A stretch of DNA of 33,433 nucleotides from Candidatus Velamenicoccus archaeovorus (GCA_041946645.1 JBHGAT010000007.1:1-33433); one strand, 5' to 3'. Counted from the stretch's first letter, positions 1 through 9,322 are shown. Numbers and translations: made by a program. The notes: generated by a model from the sequence alone, not told the origin.

Positions 1-428
1 GGGGCCTCGGCGGCCGGTTCGACCTGCGGCGTCTCGACCGGCGCCGAGACCTGGACCGGCGTCCCCCCGGCCTGACCAGGGGGGGCCTCGGCGGGGGGCG
101 GCGCGGCGGTGGCCGCCTCGGCGGCCTGCGGCGTGGGCTCCGAGGGAGCTCCCGCCGGCGCCTCGGCCCGTGCCGGGGGCGCCGGCCGTTCGCCGGCCCC
201 GCCGATCTCGGCGAGCGGCGTGCCCACCTTCACGGTCTGTCCCTCGGGCACGAGGATCTTGGTGAGGGTCCCCGCAGCGGGGGACGGGACCTCCGTGTCG
301 ACCTTGTCCGTGGAGATCTCGAACAACGGCTCGTCCTGGGCGACCTCCTCGCCCTCCTGCTTGAGCCACTTCAGGATGGTGCCCTCGACGACGGTCTCGC
401 CGAGCTGCGGCATCGATACGGTGGTCAT
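1..428 (-). CDS. Dihydrolipoamide acyltransferase (E2) of a 2-oxoacid dehydrogenase complex, N-terminal lipoyl domain only; gene continues past the left window edge
   Basis: The minus-strand frame is open from ATG at 428-426 to the window edge. The translation [55 protein letters not shown] is a lipoyl domain (lipoyl-Lys in STDKV) followed by an Ala/Pro-rich linker. A GGAGGG RBS lies in the 13-nt gap after the E1 beta stop. Confidence 0.85.
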   Translation of the reverse strand, partial: MTTVSMPQLGETVVEGTILKWLKQEGEEVAQDEPLFEISTDKVDTEVPSPAAGTLTKILVPEGQTVKVGTPLAEIGGAGERPAPPARAEAPAGAPSEPTPQAAEAATAAPPPAEAPPGQAGGTPVQVSAPVETPQVEPAAEA

Positions 429-441
429 CGACCCTCCAGGT

Positions 442-1488
442 TCACCAGGCGGCCAGCCGCTTGACGGCGGCTTCGATGTCCGAGACCTGCGGGATGTAGG
501 CGTCCTCCAGGACCGGCGAGAACGGGACCGGCGTGTGCGGCGGGGCCAGCCGCATGACGGGCGCGTCGAGCGACGTGAACCCCTCCTCGGCGATCATCGC
601 GGCGACCTCGGCTCCCGTGCCGAGGAACCGATTGCTCTCGTACAGCACGAGGGCGCGGCTGGTCTTGGCCACCGAGCTCAGCACGGACTCGGTGTCGAGC
701 GGGAAGATCGTGCGCAGATCCACCACCTCGGCCGAGATCCCCTGCTGCGCCAGCTCGTCCGCGGCCTCGAGCGCCCGGTGGACCATGGCCCCGTACGTCA
801 CGATCGAGACGTCCGTGCCCTCGCGCTGGACCTTGGCCTTCCCGATCGGCACGAGGAAGTCGGGGTCCTCGGGAACGACCTCCTTGATCCGGCGGTAGAT
901 CCACTTGTGCTCGAGGTACACGACCGGGTTGTCGTCGCGGATGGCCGACTTCAGCAGCCCCTTGGCGTCGGAGGGGAACGCGGGGCAGATCACCTTCAGG
1001 CCCGGCTGGTAGGCGAACCACGGCTCAGGGTTGGTGGAGTGGAAGTTGCTGGCCCGCACGCCGCCGCCGGACGGCGCCCGGAGCACCACGGGCAGCGGCA
1101 CGCCGCTCCGGTAGTGGTACCGCGCCGTGGCCGTGACGATCTCGTCGAACCCGGAGCTCATGAAGTCCGCGTACTGGAACTCGGCCACGGGGCGGAAGCC
1201 CTCCATCGCCGAGCCCATGGCCATGCCCACGATCGTCTCCTCGGCGATCGGCGTGTCCATCACGCGATCGGGGCCGAACCGCTCGATGAACCCCTCGGTG
1301 ACCTTGAAGGCCCCGCCGTAGACGCCGATGTCCTCGCCGAGGAGGTACACGCGCTCGTCACGCTCCATCTCCTCCCACAGCGCCTCGGCGATCGCGATCA
1401 GGTACGTGGCCTCGCCGGCCTCGGTGCGCTTGCCCCGCGGCTCGGCGCCGTGCCCGGCGGCGCCCGCTTCGACCCGCACCTGCGACAT
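442..1488 (-). CDS. 2-oxoacid (pyruvate/branched-chain) dehydrogenase E1 component, beta subunit
   Basis: This is the C-terminal 348 aa of ORF 442..2508, starting at MSQVRVE. It shows transketolase-like pyrimidine-binding and C-terminal domains ([38 protein letters not shown]). The ATG at 1488-1486 overlaps the E1 alpha TGA (TGATG). The upstream 340 aa of the ORF is the E1 alpha gene read in another frame. Confidence 0.9.
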   Translation of the reverse strand: MSQVRVEAGAAGHGAEPRGKRTEAGEATYLIAIAEALWEEMERDERVYLLGEDIGVYGGAFKVTEGFIERFGPDRVMDTPIAEETIVGMAMGSAMEGFRPVAEFQYADFMSSGFDEIVTATARYHYRSGVPLPVVLRAPSGGGVRASNFHSTNPEPWFAYQPGLKVICPAFPSDAKGLLKSAIRDDNPVVYLEHKWIYRRIKEVVPEDPDFLVPIGKAKVQREGTDVSIVTYGAMVHRALEAADELAQQGISAEVVDLRTIFPLDTESVLSSVAKTSRALVLYESNRFLGTGAEVAAMIAEEGFTSLDAPVMRLAPPHTPVPFSPVLEDAYIPQVSDIEAAVKRLAAW

Positions 1489-2552
1489 CAGCCCGTCCCT
1501 CCCTCGCGCGACGGTTCGCTCTGCCAGTAGCCGTCGTCCGTGAAGACGCCCCTGGTGACGTCCTCGGGCACCGGGAAGGGCGAGCGCTGGGCGAACTCGT
1601 AGCCCTCGTCGAACTCCCGCTCCACCTGCTCCTGGACCCGCTTGACCTCTTCCTCGTCCGCGACGCCGTTCGCGACCAGCAGCTCCTCGAACCGGCGGAC
1701 GGGATCCTTCTCCCGCATGTACCGGTCGAGGAGCTCCTGGGGTACGTACTTGGCCGGATCGTGACCGGCGTGCCCTCGCCACCGGAGCGAGACCGACTCG
1801 ATCAGGGTGGGGCCGCCGCCGCTCCGAGCGCGCTCGACCGCCTCGTGGGCCACCCGGTAGACCTCGAGGACGTCCTGGCCGTCGACCCGGACCCCCGGCA
1901 TGCCGTACGCGGCGGCGCGCTCCGCGATCGTCGGCACCCGGAACTCGAGCGCGTTCGGCGTCGAGTACGCGTACTGGTTGTTGTTGACCACCCACACCAC
2001 GGGGAGCTGATGGATCGCCGAGACGTTCAGCGACTCGTGCCACCGGCCGTTCGAGGTCGACCCGTCGCCGCAGATGGCCAGGGCCACCCGCGCTTCGCCC
2101 CGTCGCTTGTACGCGAGCGCCGCCCCCGCCGCGACGGGGTAGGCGATCGGGAGGTGCGAGATGACCGTGAACGTCCGGTTGCCGGCCCAGTCCCCGATGT
2201 GGCTGTTGCCGTCGCGGCCCCGCGTGTAGCCGTCGATCCGACCCCAGTACTGGGCCATCACGCGCTTCAGGTCGAGGCCCTTGGCCAGCTGGGCGGACAG
2301 GTCCCGATGCGTGGGGAACAGCGAGTCCTCCTTGCGGAGGGCGTAGGTCACGCCCACGTGCGTGCCCTCCTGCCCTCGGCCGGAGTAGATCGCACCGGGC
2401 AGACGTCCCTGCCGGTACAGCGCCTCCATGCGCTCGTCGAAGTACCGGCAGAGCTTGAGCGTGTGCAGCACGTCCCGGAGCTGGTCGTCCGTGAGGCCCG
2501 CCCGCCATTGCGCCTGCGGTTCGCCGCTCATCTCGGATACGTCGGTGGCCAC
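1488..2552 (-). CDS. 2-oxoacid dehydrogenase E1 component, alpha subunit (TPP-dependent)
   Basis: 354-aa ORF with the TPP-binding motif GDGSTSNGRWHESLNVSAIHQLPVVWVVNNN and an E1-alpha-like YRQGRLPGAIYSGRGQE segment. It is coupled to the E1 beta gene. Confidence 0.9.
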   Translation of the reverse strand: MATDVSEMSGEPQAQWRAGLTDDQLRDVLHTLKLCRYFDERMEALYRQGRLPGAIYSGRGQEGTHVGVTYALRKEDSLFPTHRDLSAQLAKGLDLKRVMAQYWGRIDGYTRGRDGNSHIGDWAGNRTFTVISHLPIAYPVAAGAALAYKRRGEARVALAICGDGSTSNGRWHESLNVSAIHQLPVVWVVNNNQYAYSTPNALEFRVPTIAERAAAYGMPGVRVDGQDVLEVYRVAHEAVERARSGGGPTLIESVSLRWRGHAGHDPAKYVPQELLDRYMREKDPVRRFEELLVANGVADEEEVKRVQEQVEREFDEGYEFAQRSPFPVPEDVTRGVFTDDGYWQSEPSREGGTG

Positions 2553-2565
2553 GAAGCGCGTCCCT

Positions 2566-3957
2566 TCACGCGGAATGCAGTGGCTTGCCGGCGAGCGCCA
2601 GGAAGGCCTCGCCGACCGCCTCGGACAGTGACGGATGGGGGTGGATCATGGCGGCGACCTCGGCGGGGACCGCCTCCCAGTTGGTGATGAGCATGCCCTC
2701 GGAGATCAGGTCGGTCACGTGCGGACCGACCATGTGGATCCCCAGGACCGGCCCGCCGCCCTTCTCGGCGATCAGCTTGACGATGCCGCCCTCGCCGACG
2801 ATGTTGGCCTTCCCCACGCCCTGCAGGTTGAACCGCTCGACGTCGAGCTCGTGACCGCGCTCGACCGCCTGCGCCTCGGTCAGGCCGACCGAGGCGACCT
2901 CCGGCGTGGAGTACGTGACCCGCGGGATCTGCGCGTAGTCGATCTCGGGCGTGGCCATCCCGGCGATGCGCTCGGCCACGGCGATGCCCTCGGTGAAGGC
3001 GACGTGAGCAAGCTGCAGCGGCGTGGCCGCCACGTCCCCCACGGCCCAGACGTGGGGGACGGTGGTCTGGAGCATGCCGTCGACCTTGACGAAGCCGCGA
3101 TCGAGCTCGACGCCGATCGCCTCGAGCTCGAGCCCGGCGGTCACGGGCCCCCGGCCCACGGCCACCAGGCAGACGTCGGCGGTGGTCGCGGTGGTCCGCC
3201 CGCCGACCTCGTACACCACGTTGACGGCCTCGGGGCCCTCGTCGACGGCCTGGACCTTGGCGTCCGCGAACGCCTGGATCCCCCTCCGGCGGAACTGGCG
3301 GCCCAGCTCCTTGGAGAGGTCCTCGTCCTCGAGCGGCGCGATGCGCGGCAGGGCCTCGATCAGCGTGACCTCCGCTCCGAACGAGCGGTACATCGACGCG
3401 AACTCGAGGCCGACGGCACCGGCGCCGATCACCACCGCCGAGCGAGGGATGGTCGGGGACCACAGAGCCTGGTCGCTGGTGATCACCCGGTCGGTCACGG
3501 AGAGGCCCGGCAGGAGCTTGGGCGCCGAGCCGGTGGCGATCACGAGGTCCGTGGCGTCGACCCGCCGGCCATCGACCACGGCAGCCGGGCCCGAGCTCAC
3601 GACGGCGGTGCCGCGGATCACCTCGATCCCGCGGGTCTTGACCACGCCGGTGAGGCCCGAGACCAGCTTGTCCACGATCTTGGCCTCGAACGCCTTGACC
3701 GCGTCCCAATCGACCTCGCCGGAGGCCCGGACCCCCCATTCCTCCGAGCGCGTGACCGTGTCCATGACGGCCGCCGATTGGAGGAGCGCCTTGGTGGGGA
3801 TGCAGCCTCGGAGCAGACAGGTGCCGCCGAGCCGTTCGTCGCGATCGATCAGAGCGACCCGTTTGCCGAGCTGAGCAGCTCGGAGCGCACAGGCGTACCC
3901 GCCCGTGCCCGCCCCGATCACGACTACGTCGTAGGCATCCGGCATCCGATCGACCAT
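2566..3957 (-). CDS. lpd: Dihydrolipoyl dehydrogenase (E3)
   Basis: 463-aa ORF with FAD motif VVVIGAGTGGY, redox-active disulfide GGTCLLRGCIPTK, NAD motif VVIGAGAVGLE, and a C-terminal dimerisation region with HPHPSLSE. Confidence 0.93.
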   Translation of the reverse strand: MVDRMPDAYDVVVIGAGTGGYACALRAAQLGKRVALIDRDERLGGTCLLRGCIPTKALLQSAAVMDTVTRSEEWGVRASGEVDWDAVKAFEAKIVDKLVSGLTGVVKTRGIEVIRGTAVVSSGPAAVVDGRRVDATDLVIATGSAPKLLPGLSVTDRVITSDQALWSPTIPRSAVVIGAGAVGLEFASMYRSFGAEVTLIEALPRIAPLEDEDLSKELGRQFRRRGIQAFADAKVQAVDEGPEAVNVVYEVGGRTTATTADVCLVAVGRGPVTAGLELEAIGVELDRGFVKVDGMLQTTVPHVWAVGDVAATPLQLAHVAFTEGIAVAERIAGMATPEIDYAQIPRVTYSTPEVASVGLTEAQAVERGHELDVERFNLQGVGKANIVGEGGIVKLIAEKGGGPVLGIHMVGPHVTDLISEGMLITNWEAVPAEVAAMIHPHPSLSEAVGEAFLALAGKPLHSA

Positions 3958-4038
3958 GTTACCGCCAGCGGCCGAACCGACGGACCGGCGCCGGCGTGGT
4001 GATCGGCGGGTGCGTCGGGTCGTCGGGGGGAGGGGCCG

Positions 4039-4752
4039 CTAGACGGGGAGGCTGCCCTGGGCCGCGGCGATGAGGTCGGCCACGGTCGTGCCCCCGAACG
4101 CGGTCCGCTGCAGCAGCTTGTCGAGCAGGTCCCCGGCGCGCGGGGAGTCCCGGAGCACCGCGACCACCACGTACAGGCCCGAGCTGGGGATGCCCACGCT
4201 CCGGACCGGTCCGTAGCCGGGGGCCGCGACGAAGTACGCCCACCGGGTGGGGCGCCGCCCCACCGTGCAGACCCCCTGGCCCCGCGCCACGTAGTCGCCC
4301 GGTGAGCCGGGCACGCCGTCGGCGAAGGCGGGGCGATGATCAGCGAAGACGGTGCGGCTGGTCGCGCTGCACTCGCCCGAGCGGGTGAGCAGGTCGAGCG
4401 CGGGGCCGGTCGCGGCCAGGTAGTAGTAGTCGGAGGGAACCCCCACCCGCGTGCCGTCCACCCACATCGCCGCCATCCCCTCCACCGGCGAGGGCGACGA
4501 GCCCCAGTCGCGCGGGCGCGGGGAAGCCACGAAGCCGTGCTCGGCATCGGTCGGAGCCGTGGTGAGGTGGGGGCGCCACGTGTCGGGGATCATCGCGCGG
4601 ATCTCGCCGGCCGTGATCTGGTCGAAGGGGCTCGGCGACTCCTGGATCCGCAGGTCGATCCGGCCCGTGGACGGCGGCGTCGGCAGCATCGCCGCGTCGC
4701 GGCACGCCGCGGCGACCAGGGCGATCACGAGGGAGCCGATGACCCTACGCAC
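4039..4752 (-). CDS. Hypothetical secreted/lipoprotein
   Basis: ORF 4039..4959 trimmed to the in-frame GTG at 4752, giving (M)RRVIGSLVIALVAAACRD, a signal peptide with a lipobox-like AAAC. The upstream part of the ORF is Arg/Pro-rich and runs into the riboswitch promoter region. No family was recognised. Confidence 0.5.
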   Translation of the reverse strand: MRRVIGSLVIALVAAACRDAAMLPTPPSTGRIDLRIQESPSPFDQITAGEIRAMIPDTWRPHLTTAPTDAEHGFVASPRPRDWGSSPSPVEGMAAMWVDGTRVGVPSDYYYLAATGPALDLLTRSGECSATSRTVFADHRPAFADGVPGSPGDYVARGQGVCTVGRRPTRWAYFVAAPGYGPVRSVGIPSSGLYVVVAVLRDSPRAGDLLDKLLQRTAFGGTTVADLIAAAQGSLPV

Positions 4753-4869
4753 CCGCCGATACCATGCGGAGCATAGCCCCCCCGGCGCGCGCCTGCCACC
4801 GCGACCGGCTCCCGCCCGCTCCGAGCGGGGGACCGCCGGACGGGCTAGGATACGCGGCACAACCGCAGA

Positions 4870-5070
4870 AGGTTCAGCTCTCGAGGCGGCCCCCAGGGGC
4901 CGGAGCGGACGCGGGCGGACCCGCGCTCGCGAAGAGGGAAGCCGGTGGGAATCCGGCACGGTCGCGCCACTGTGACCGGGGAGCGAACCCGACGAGCCAC
5001 TGGGGGCCGGACCCCGGGAAGGGTCGGGGGAGCGAGGATCCGGAAGTCAGGAGACCTGCCCCGAGGGCGA
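4870..5070 (+). promoter_or_regulatory. Cobalamin (B12) riboswitch upstream of the ABC importer operon
   Basis: The core AGAGGGAAGCCGGTGGGAATCCGGCACGGTCGCGCCACTGTGA starts near 4933, followed by GCCACTGGG ... GGGAAGG. A B12 box GAAGTCAGGAGACCTGCC lies at 5046-5063. A TAGGAT -10-like hexamer is at 4846-4851. The element ends about 35 nt before the GAAAGGAGA RBS of the 5105 gene. Confidence 0.85.
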
Positions 5071-5104
5071 GCGACGGTCGTCCTTCGCACGAAAGGAGAC
5101 GCGC

Positions 5105-6067
5105 GTGAGACCGTTCCGATCCCTCGCCGGGGTGGCCCTCGCCCTGGTCCTGCTCCTGTCGTCCTGCGCCTCGTCGGGGACCTCGCTCGAGCCCGGCGCC
5201 GGCTCCCGGCCGCCCTCCGCGACGGCCTCCCCGGCTGCCTTCCCCGTGACGATCACGGACGACGACGGTGTCGCGGTGACCGTGGAGGCGCCGCCGCGGC
5301 GCATCGTCACGTTCGCGCCCTCGGCCACCGAGATCGTGTACGCCCTCGGGCTGGGCGATCGCCTGGTCGGGGTGTCGGGTCCCTTCGACGACTACCCGCA
5401 GGCGGCCACGCGCGTGGAGGAGATCGGCGGCGCCGGCGAGTTCGGCGTGGACCCGAACATCGAGAAGGTGGTCTCGCTCTCGCCGGACCTGTTCCTGACG
5501 ATCTCCGGCGGGGACCAGTGGAAGCACCGCCTGCGCGGGCTCGGCGTGCCGGTGTTCACGATCGACGCGACCGACTTCGCCGACCTGCTCCACGACATCG
5601 AGACGGTCGGTCGCCTGACGGGCACGGCGGACCGGGCCGCGGCCCTGGCGTCCTCGATGCAGGGCGAGGCCGATCGGATCGGATCGCGGGTGGCTGGCTC
5701 GGCGCCCGTGTCGTGCTTCTTCGAGGTCTACTACCCGCCCCTCACCACGGTGGGCCCCGACACGTTCATCTCGGATCTGCTGCGGCGCGCCGGGTGCGAC
5801 TCGGTGTCCGCGTCGGCCTCGACGGACTACCCGGAGTGGTCCGTGGACGACCTCGTGCGCGAGGACCCGCAGGTCTACCTGGTCTCGTCCGAGTCCGGCG
5901 TGAGCCCCGCGGCCGTGGCCGAACGGCCCGGGTTCGAGGCGATCCGGGCGGTGGCCGAGGGGCGGGTGGCGCTGATCGACTCGGACCTGGTCAGCCGCCC
6001 CGGGCCCCGGATCGTGGACGGGCTCCGGGCGCTGGCGAAGGCCCTGCACCCGGACGCGTTCGGATGA
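5105..6067 (+). CDS. ABC transporter periplasmic substrate-binding lipoprotein, BtuF/FhuD-like (likely corrinoid-binding given the riboswitch)
   Basis: 320-aa ORF with a GTG start after GAAAGGAGA. The signal peptide carries lipobox LLSSC. Periplasmic-binding-protein type 2 hallmarks are present (RIVTFAPSATEIVYALGLGDRLVGV, PDLFLT). Confidence 0.85.
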   Translation: MRPFRSLAGVALALVLLLSSCASSGTSLEPGAGSRPPSATASPAAFPVTITDDDGVAVTVEAPPRRIVTFAPSATEIVYALGLGDRLVGVSGPFDDYPQAATRVEEIGGAGEFGVDPNIEKVVSLSPDLFLTISGGDQWKHRLRGLGVPVFTIDATDFADLLHDIETVGRLTGTADRAAALASSMQGEADRIGSRVAGSAPVSCFFEVYYPPLTTVGPDTFISDLLRRAGCDSVSASASTDYPEWSVDDLVREDPQVYLVSSESGVSPAAVAERPGFEAIRAVAEGRVALIDSDLVSRPGPRIVDGLRALAKALHPDAFG

Positions 6068-7104
6068 TCGCACCACGTCGCTACCGCCGGTCGCTGGTCC
6101 TGCTCGCGGTGGCGCTCGCGGCCTCGTTCCTGCTCGCCGTCGCGGTGGGGGCGGTGTGGCTGTCGCCGTGGACGACGATCCGGCTGGTCGGCTGGAAGCT
6201 CGGCGTCGGTGGCTACCCCTCGGGCGTTCCGCGCGGGTCCGAGGTGATCCTCTTCCAGCTCCGGCTGCCCCGGGTGGTGCTCGCGGCGGTGGTGGGCGCG
6301 GCCCTGGCCGCGTCCGGCATGGTGTTCCAGGGGTTGTTCCGCAACCCCCTGGCCGATCCGGCGATCATCGGCGTCTCCTCCGGGGCCGCGCTGGGAGCGA
6401 TCGTGGTGATCGTCTCCGTGGGGGCGGGGGCCCTGGGGGCGTTCGCCGTCCCCCTGGCCGCCTTCGTCGGGGCCCTGCTGACCGCGTTCCTCGTGTACCG
6501 GCTGGCCCGGATCGGGCCGGCCGTGCACGTGGCCACCCTGCTGCTGGCCGGGATCGCGGTGGCCGCCCTGATCTCCAGCCTGATGTCGCTGATCATGTCC
6601 TTCTCCGGCCAGGAGATCCGGAGCATCTACGCCTGGCTCCTGGGAGGGCTGGTGGCCCAGGGATGGCCCTCGATCGAGGCGGTGACGCCGCTCGTGATCG
6701 TCGGGCTGGTGGGCGCCGGCCTCACGGCGCACGACCTCAACCTGATGGCGCTGGGCGAGGAGCGGGCCGGGCAGCTCGGCGTGGAGGCCGATCGGGTGAA
6801 GCGCCGGGCCATCGCGGTGGGCGCGCTGCTGACGGCCTGCGCCGTGTCGGTGGCCGGCGTGATCGGGTTCGTCGGGTTGATGACCCCGCACCTGCTCCGC
6901 CTGGTGGTGGGGGCCGACCACCGGCGGCTCCTCCCGGCGGTCCTGCTGGCCGGACCGACCCTGCTGATCGTGGCCGACCTCGTCGCGCGGGTGGCCGTGG
7001 CTCCGCAGGAGCTGCCGGTCGGCGTGGTGACGGCGCTGCTGGGCGGGCCGTTCTTCCTGTACCTGCTCCGTCGCGAGGGGAAGGGCCGCGGTGTCCGGGC
7101 CTGA
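6064..7104 (+). CDS. FecCD/BtuC-family ABC transporter permease
   Basis: The ATG at 6064 overlaps the upstream TGA (ATGA). The 346-aa protein is highly hydrophobic (RLPRVVLAAVVGAALAASG, FRNPLADPAIIGVSSGA, GGPFFLYLLRR). The first 373 aa of ORF 4945..7104 are rejected as off-frame read-through. Confidence 0.9.
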   Translation: MIAPRRYRRSLVLLAVALAASFLLAVAVGAVWLSPWTTIRLVGWKLGVGGYPSGVPRGSEVILFQLRLPRVVLAAVVGAALAASGMVFQGLFRNPLADPAIIGVSSGAALGAIVVIVSVGAGALGAFAVPLAAFVGALLTAFLVYRLARIGPAVHVATLLLAGIAVAALISSLMSLIMSFSGQEIRSIYAWLLGGLVAQGWPSIEAVTPLVIVGLVGAGLTAHDLNLMALGEERAGQLGVEADRVKRRAIAVGALLTACAVSVAGVIGFVGLMTPHLLRLVVGADHRRLLPAVLLAGPTLLIVADLVARVAVAPQELPVGVVTALLGGPFFLYLLRREGKGRGVRA

Positions 7105-8026
7105 GACCGATCTCGAGGCTCCGCGGGCGGACTGGGCCCGCGCACGGGAGGCCATGCTGGCCGCGTCGGTCCAGCACCTGGCCGACCGGCCGGTGGACGA
7201 GCTCTCGGGCGGGGAGCGCCGCCGGGCCGTCCTGGCGCAGGCGCTCGCGCAGGACGCACCGATCCTGCTGCTCGACGAGCCGACGACGCACCTCGACCTG
7301 CACCACGTGGTCGACCTGCTCTCGGTCGTCCGCGGGCTGGCCGAGCGTGCCGGAACCGCGGTCCTGGCGATCCATCACGACCTCACGCTCGCCGCGGCCT
7401 CGTGCGACCGGGTGATCGTGCTCGACCGGGGCCGGGTGGTGGCCGAAGGACCTCCGGCGGAGGTGATCGACCGCGACCTGCTCCGGAGCGTCTACGGGGT
7501 CGAGGCCGAGGTGATCGCCGACGAGCTGTCGGGGCGGCCCGTGGTGCGGCTCGGAGCGCCACGCGGGGTGCCCACCCGTCTGGGGCGCCGGGCGCACGTC
7601 GTCGGGGGCGCCGGCCGCGGCGCCCCGCTGATGCGGCGTCTCGTGGAGGGGGGGTTCGACGTGAGCGCCGGCGTGCTGCACGGGAGCGACACCGACGCGG
7701 CGGTGGCCGAGCGACTGAACCTGGTCCGCGTGCTGGTCCCGCCGTTCAGCCCGATCGACCCGGCATCGGCGGCGGAGTGCCAGGCGCTCATGGCGGAGGC
7801 CGACCTGCTGGTGGTGTGCGATGCCCCCGTCGGGCCGGGCAACGTGGAGAACCTCGCGCTGGCGCTCGAGGCCGCGCGGTCGGGGATCCGCACCGTGCTG
7901 GTCGAGGAGGTCCCCGTGGCCGAGCGGGATTTCACCGGAGGCCTGGCCACGGAGCTGTGGACGGCGCTCCGCGACGTGGCCGAGATCGTGCGCCGCTACG
8001 ACGACGTGGCGGTCGACGTGGGCTGA
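7091..8026 (+). CDS. ABC transporter ATPase lacking the Walker A/Q-loop half, fused to an uncharacterised ~145-aa C-terminal domain (possible pseudogene)
   Basis: The ORF begins about 37 aa before the ABC signature LSGGERRR (7202-7216), followed by Walker B ILLLDEPTTHLD and H-loop AIHHD. No GxxGxGKS/T is present in this ORF, and this frame is closed just upstream of 7091. The C-terminal part is AHVVGGAGRGAPLMRRLVEGGFDVSAGVLHGSD... Confidence 0.75.
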   Translation: MSGPETDLEAPRADWARAREAMLAASVQHLADRPVDELSGGERRRAVLAQALAQDAPILLLDEPTTHLDLHHVVDLLSVVRGLAERAGTAVLAIHHDLTLAAASCDRVIVLDRGRVVAEGPPAEVIDRDLLRSVYGVEAEVIADELSGRPVVRLGAPRGVPTRLGRRAHVVGGAGRGAPLMRRLVEGGFDVSAGVLHGSDTDAAVAERLNLVRVLVPPFSPIDPASAAECQALMAEADLLVVCDAPVGPGNVENLALALEAARSGIRTVLVEEVPVAERDFTGGLATELWTALRDVAEIVRRYDDVAVDVG

Positions 8027-9240
8027 TCCACCGCGCCGTCCGACGCCAGGACGGGCTTGGTCACGACCTTGTCCCCCGCGTGCACCGGCAGGCAGAACGA
8101 GACCTGCATGCCGCCCGCGGGCAGTGGGTCGGCCCAGATGATGCCGCCGTGCTGCAGCACGAGCTGCCGCGCCATGTGCAGGCCGATCCCCACGCCCGAT
8201 CGTTCCTTGCGCAGGATCTCCTCGCCGGTGGAGAACGGCTCGCTGAACGCCTGCGTCACCACGTCGCGGTGCATCCCCGCGCCGTGGTCGGTGACCGAGA
8301 CCACCACCCCCTCGTCCATCGTCCGGGCCCGGAACTGCACGGGCTGGTCGGCCGGGGAGTACCGGCACGCGTTGTCGAGCAGCTGCCGCGCGACCTCGCC
8401 GATACGGGCGGGGTCGGCCGTCGCCGGGAGCGCCTCGGGGATGACCCGCTCGATCGGCACGTGCGGGTACTTGCGGGCGATCTCGTCGGCGGCGTGCCGG
8501 AGCAGCGGGGCCAGGTCGAGGTCGGTGAGCTTCAGCGACAGCGTGCCGCGGTCGAGCTCGGCGATCGTCAGCATCTCGTCGACGATCACCATCAGCTTGT
8601 CCAGCGAGGCCTCGAGCTGCGCCAGGAAGTCGTGCTGCTCCTCGTGCGGCAGGTCCCGGTTCTTGAGGACGTACGCGATGCCCTTGGCCACGGTGACGGG
8701 GGTGCGGAGCTCGTGGGAGACGTTGGCCAGGAACTCTCCCTTGGCCCCGGTCACGTGCTCGAGCTGCTCGGAGGTCTCGGCCAGGGCCTTCTCCAGCTCG
8801 CGCTGCTGGCGGATCGAGGCGGCGAACCGCTCCGCGAGCTGGCCGGCGACCCGATGGCTGAGCGCGACGTTGGCATCGACCGTCGAGCGGATGGCCCGAG
8901 CCACCGCCTCGGGCCCGTCCTCCTTGAGCAGGTAGCCGGACGCGCCGGCCACCAGCATCTCGGCCGCGGTGAACGGCGAGGGGACCGCGGTCCAGCAGAT
9001 CACCCGGGTCTCCGGCACCGTGGCGAGGAGCCCCCGAACGAGCTCGGCGCCGGCCAGGCCCTCGAGCCCGACCTCGCACACGACGACCGCGGGCTGGGTC
9101 CGAGCGGCCACCTCGACCGCGCGGAAGCCGTCGGTCACGGCTTCCATCTCCAGGTCGTCACCGGACTTCAGCAGTGCGTACTGCAGCTGCGCCAGCCCGT
9201 GCGGCGTGTCGCACAGGAGGACCTTGGTGGGCATCACCAC
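7996..9240 (-). CDS. Cytoplasmic sensor histidine kinase with N-terminal receiver-like domain (REC-HisKA-HATPase_c)
   Basis: 414-aa ORF with H-box FLANVSHELRTPVT, N-box LLDNACRYS, G-boxes VTDHGAGM and GVGIGLHMA. The N-terminal ~120 aa have a CheY-like pattern. No TM segment was seen. Confidence 0.85.
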   Translation of the reverse strand: MVMPTKVLLCDTPHGLAQLQYALLKSGDDLEMEAVTDGFRAVEVAARTQPAVVVCEVGLEGLAGAELVRGLLATVPETRVICWTAVPSPFTAAEMLVAGASGYLLKEDGPEAVARAIRSTVDANVALSHRVAGQLAERFAASIRQQRELEKALAETSEQLEHVTGAKGEFLANVSHELRTPVTVAKGIAYVLKNRDLPHEEQHDFLAQLEASLDKLMVIVDEMLTIAELDRGTLSLKLTDLDLAPLLRHAADEIARKYPHVPIERVIPEALPATADPARIGEVARQLLDNACRYSPADQPVQFRARTMDEGVVVSVTDHGAGMHRDVVTQAFSEPFSTGEEILRKERSGVGIGLHMARQLVLQHGGIIWADPLPAGGMQVSFCLPVHAGDKVVTKPVLASDGAVDQPTSTATSS

Positions 9241-9322
9241 TGGTATCGGTCGCTCGGCCCCCGGGTTGAGAGGGACCCCCCGTCGGGGGAGGTCGTTCGG
9301 CCGAGGCCGCTGTCGGTCGGAG

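Noticed and set aside
442-2508. Taking the full 688-aa ORF (and likewise 4945..7104 at 719 aa, 11078..12082 at 334 aa, 11677..13521 at 614 aa, 23958..27668 at 1236 aa) as the gene
   Set aside because: Family-like sequence begins only at internal starts (1488, 6064, 11564, 12355, 24159). The upstream extensions read through neighbouring genes or non-coding DNA in the wrong frame.
6737-9079. 780-aa minus-strand ORF, and likewise 15252..17024 (590 aa), 7402..9558 (718 aa), 109..1530 (473 aa), 2528..3739 (403 aa), 2635..4002 (455 aa), 27669..29528 (619 aa) and 31596..33374 (592 aa)
   Set aside because: Each overlaps well-supported genes in another frame or strand and has the Arg/Pro/Gly-dominated composition of non-coding frames in GC-rich DNA.
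9241-9322. Possible attenuator hairpin between the response regulator and kinase genes (GACCCCCCgtcGGGGGAGGTC)
   Set aside because: The stem is short and imperfect with a 3-nt loop and no U-tract. There is insufficient evidence for a regulatory element.
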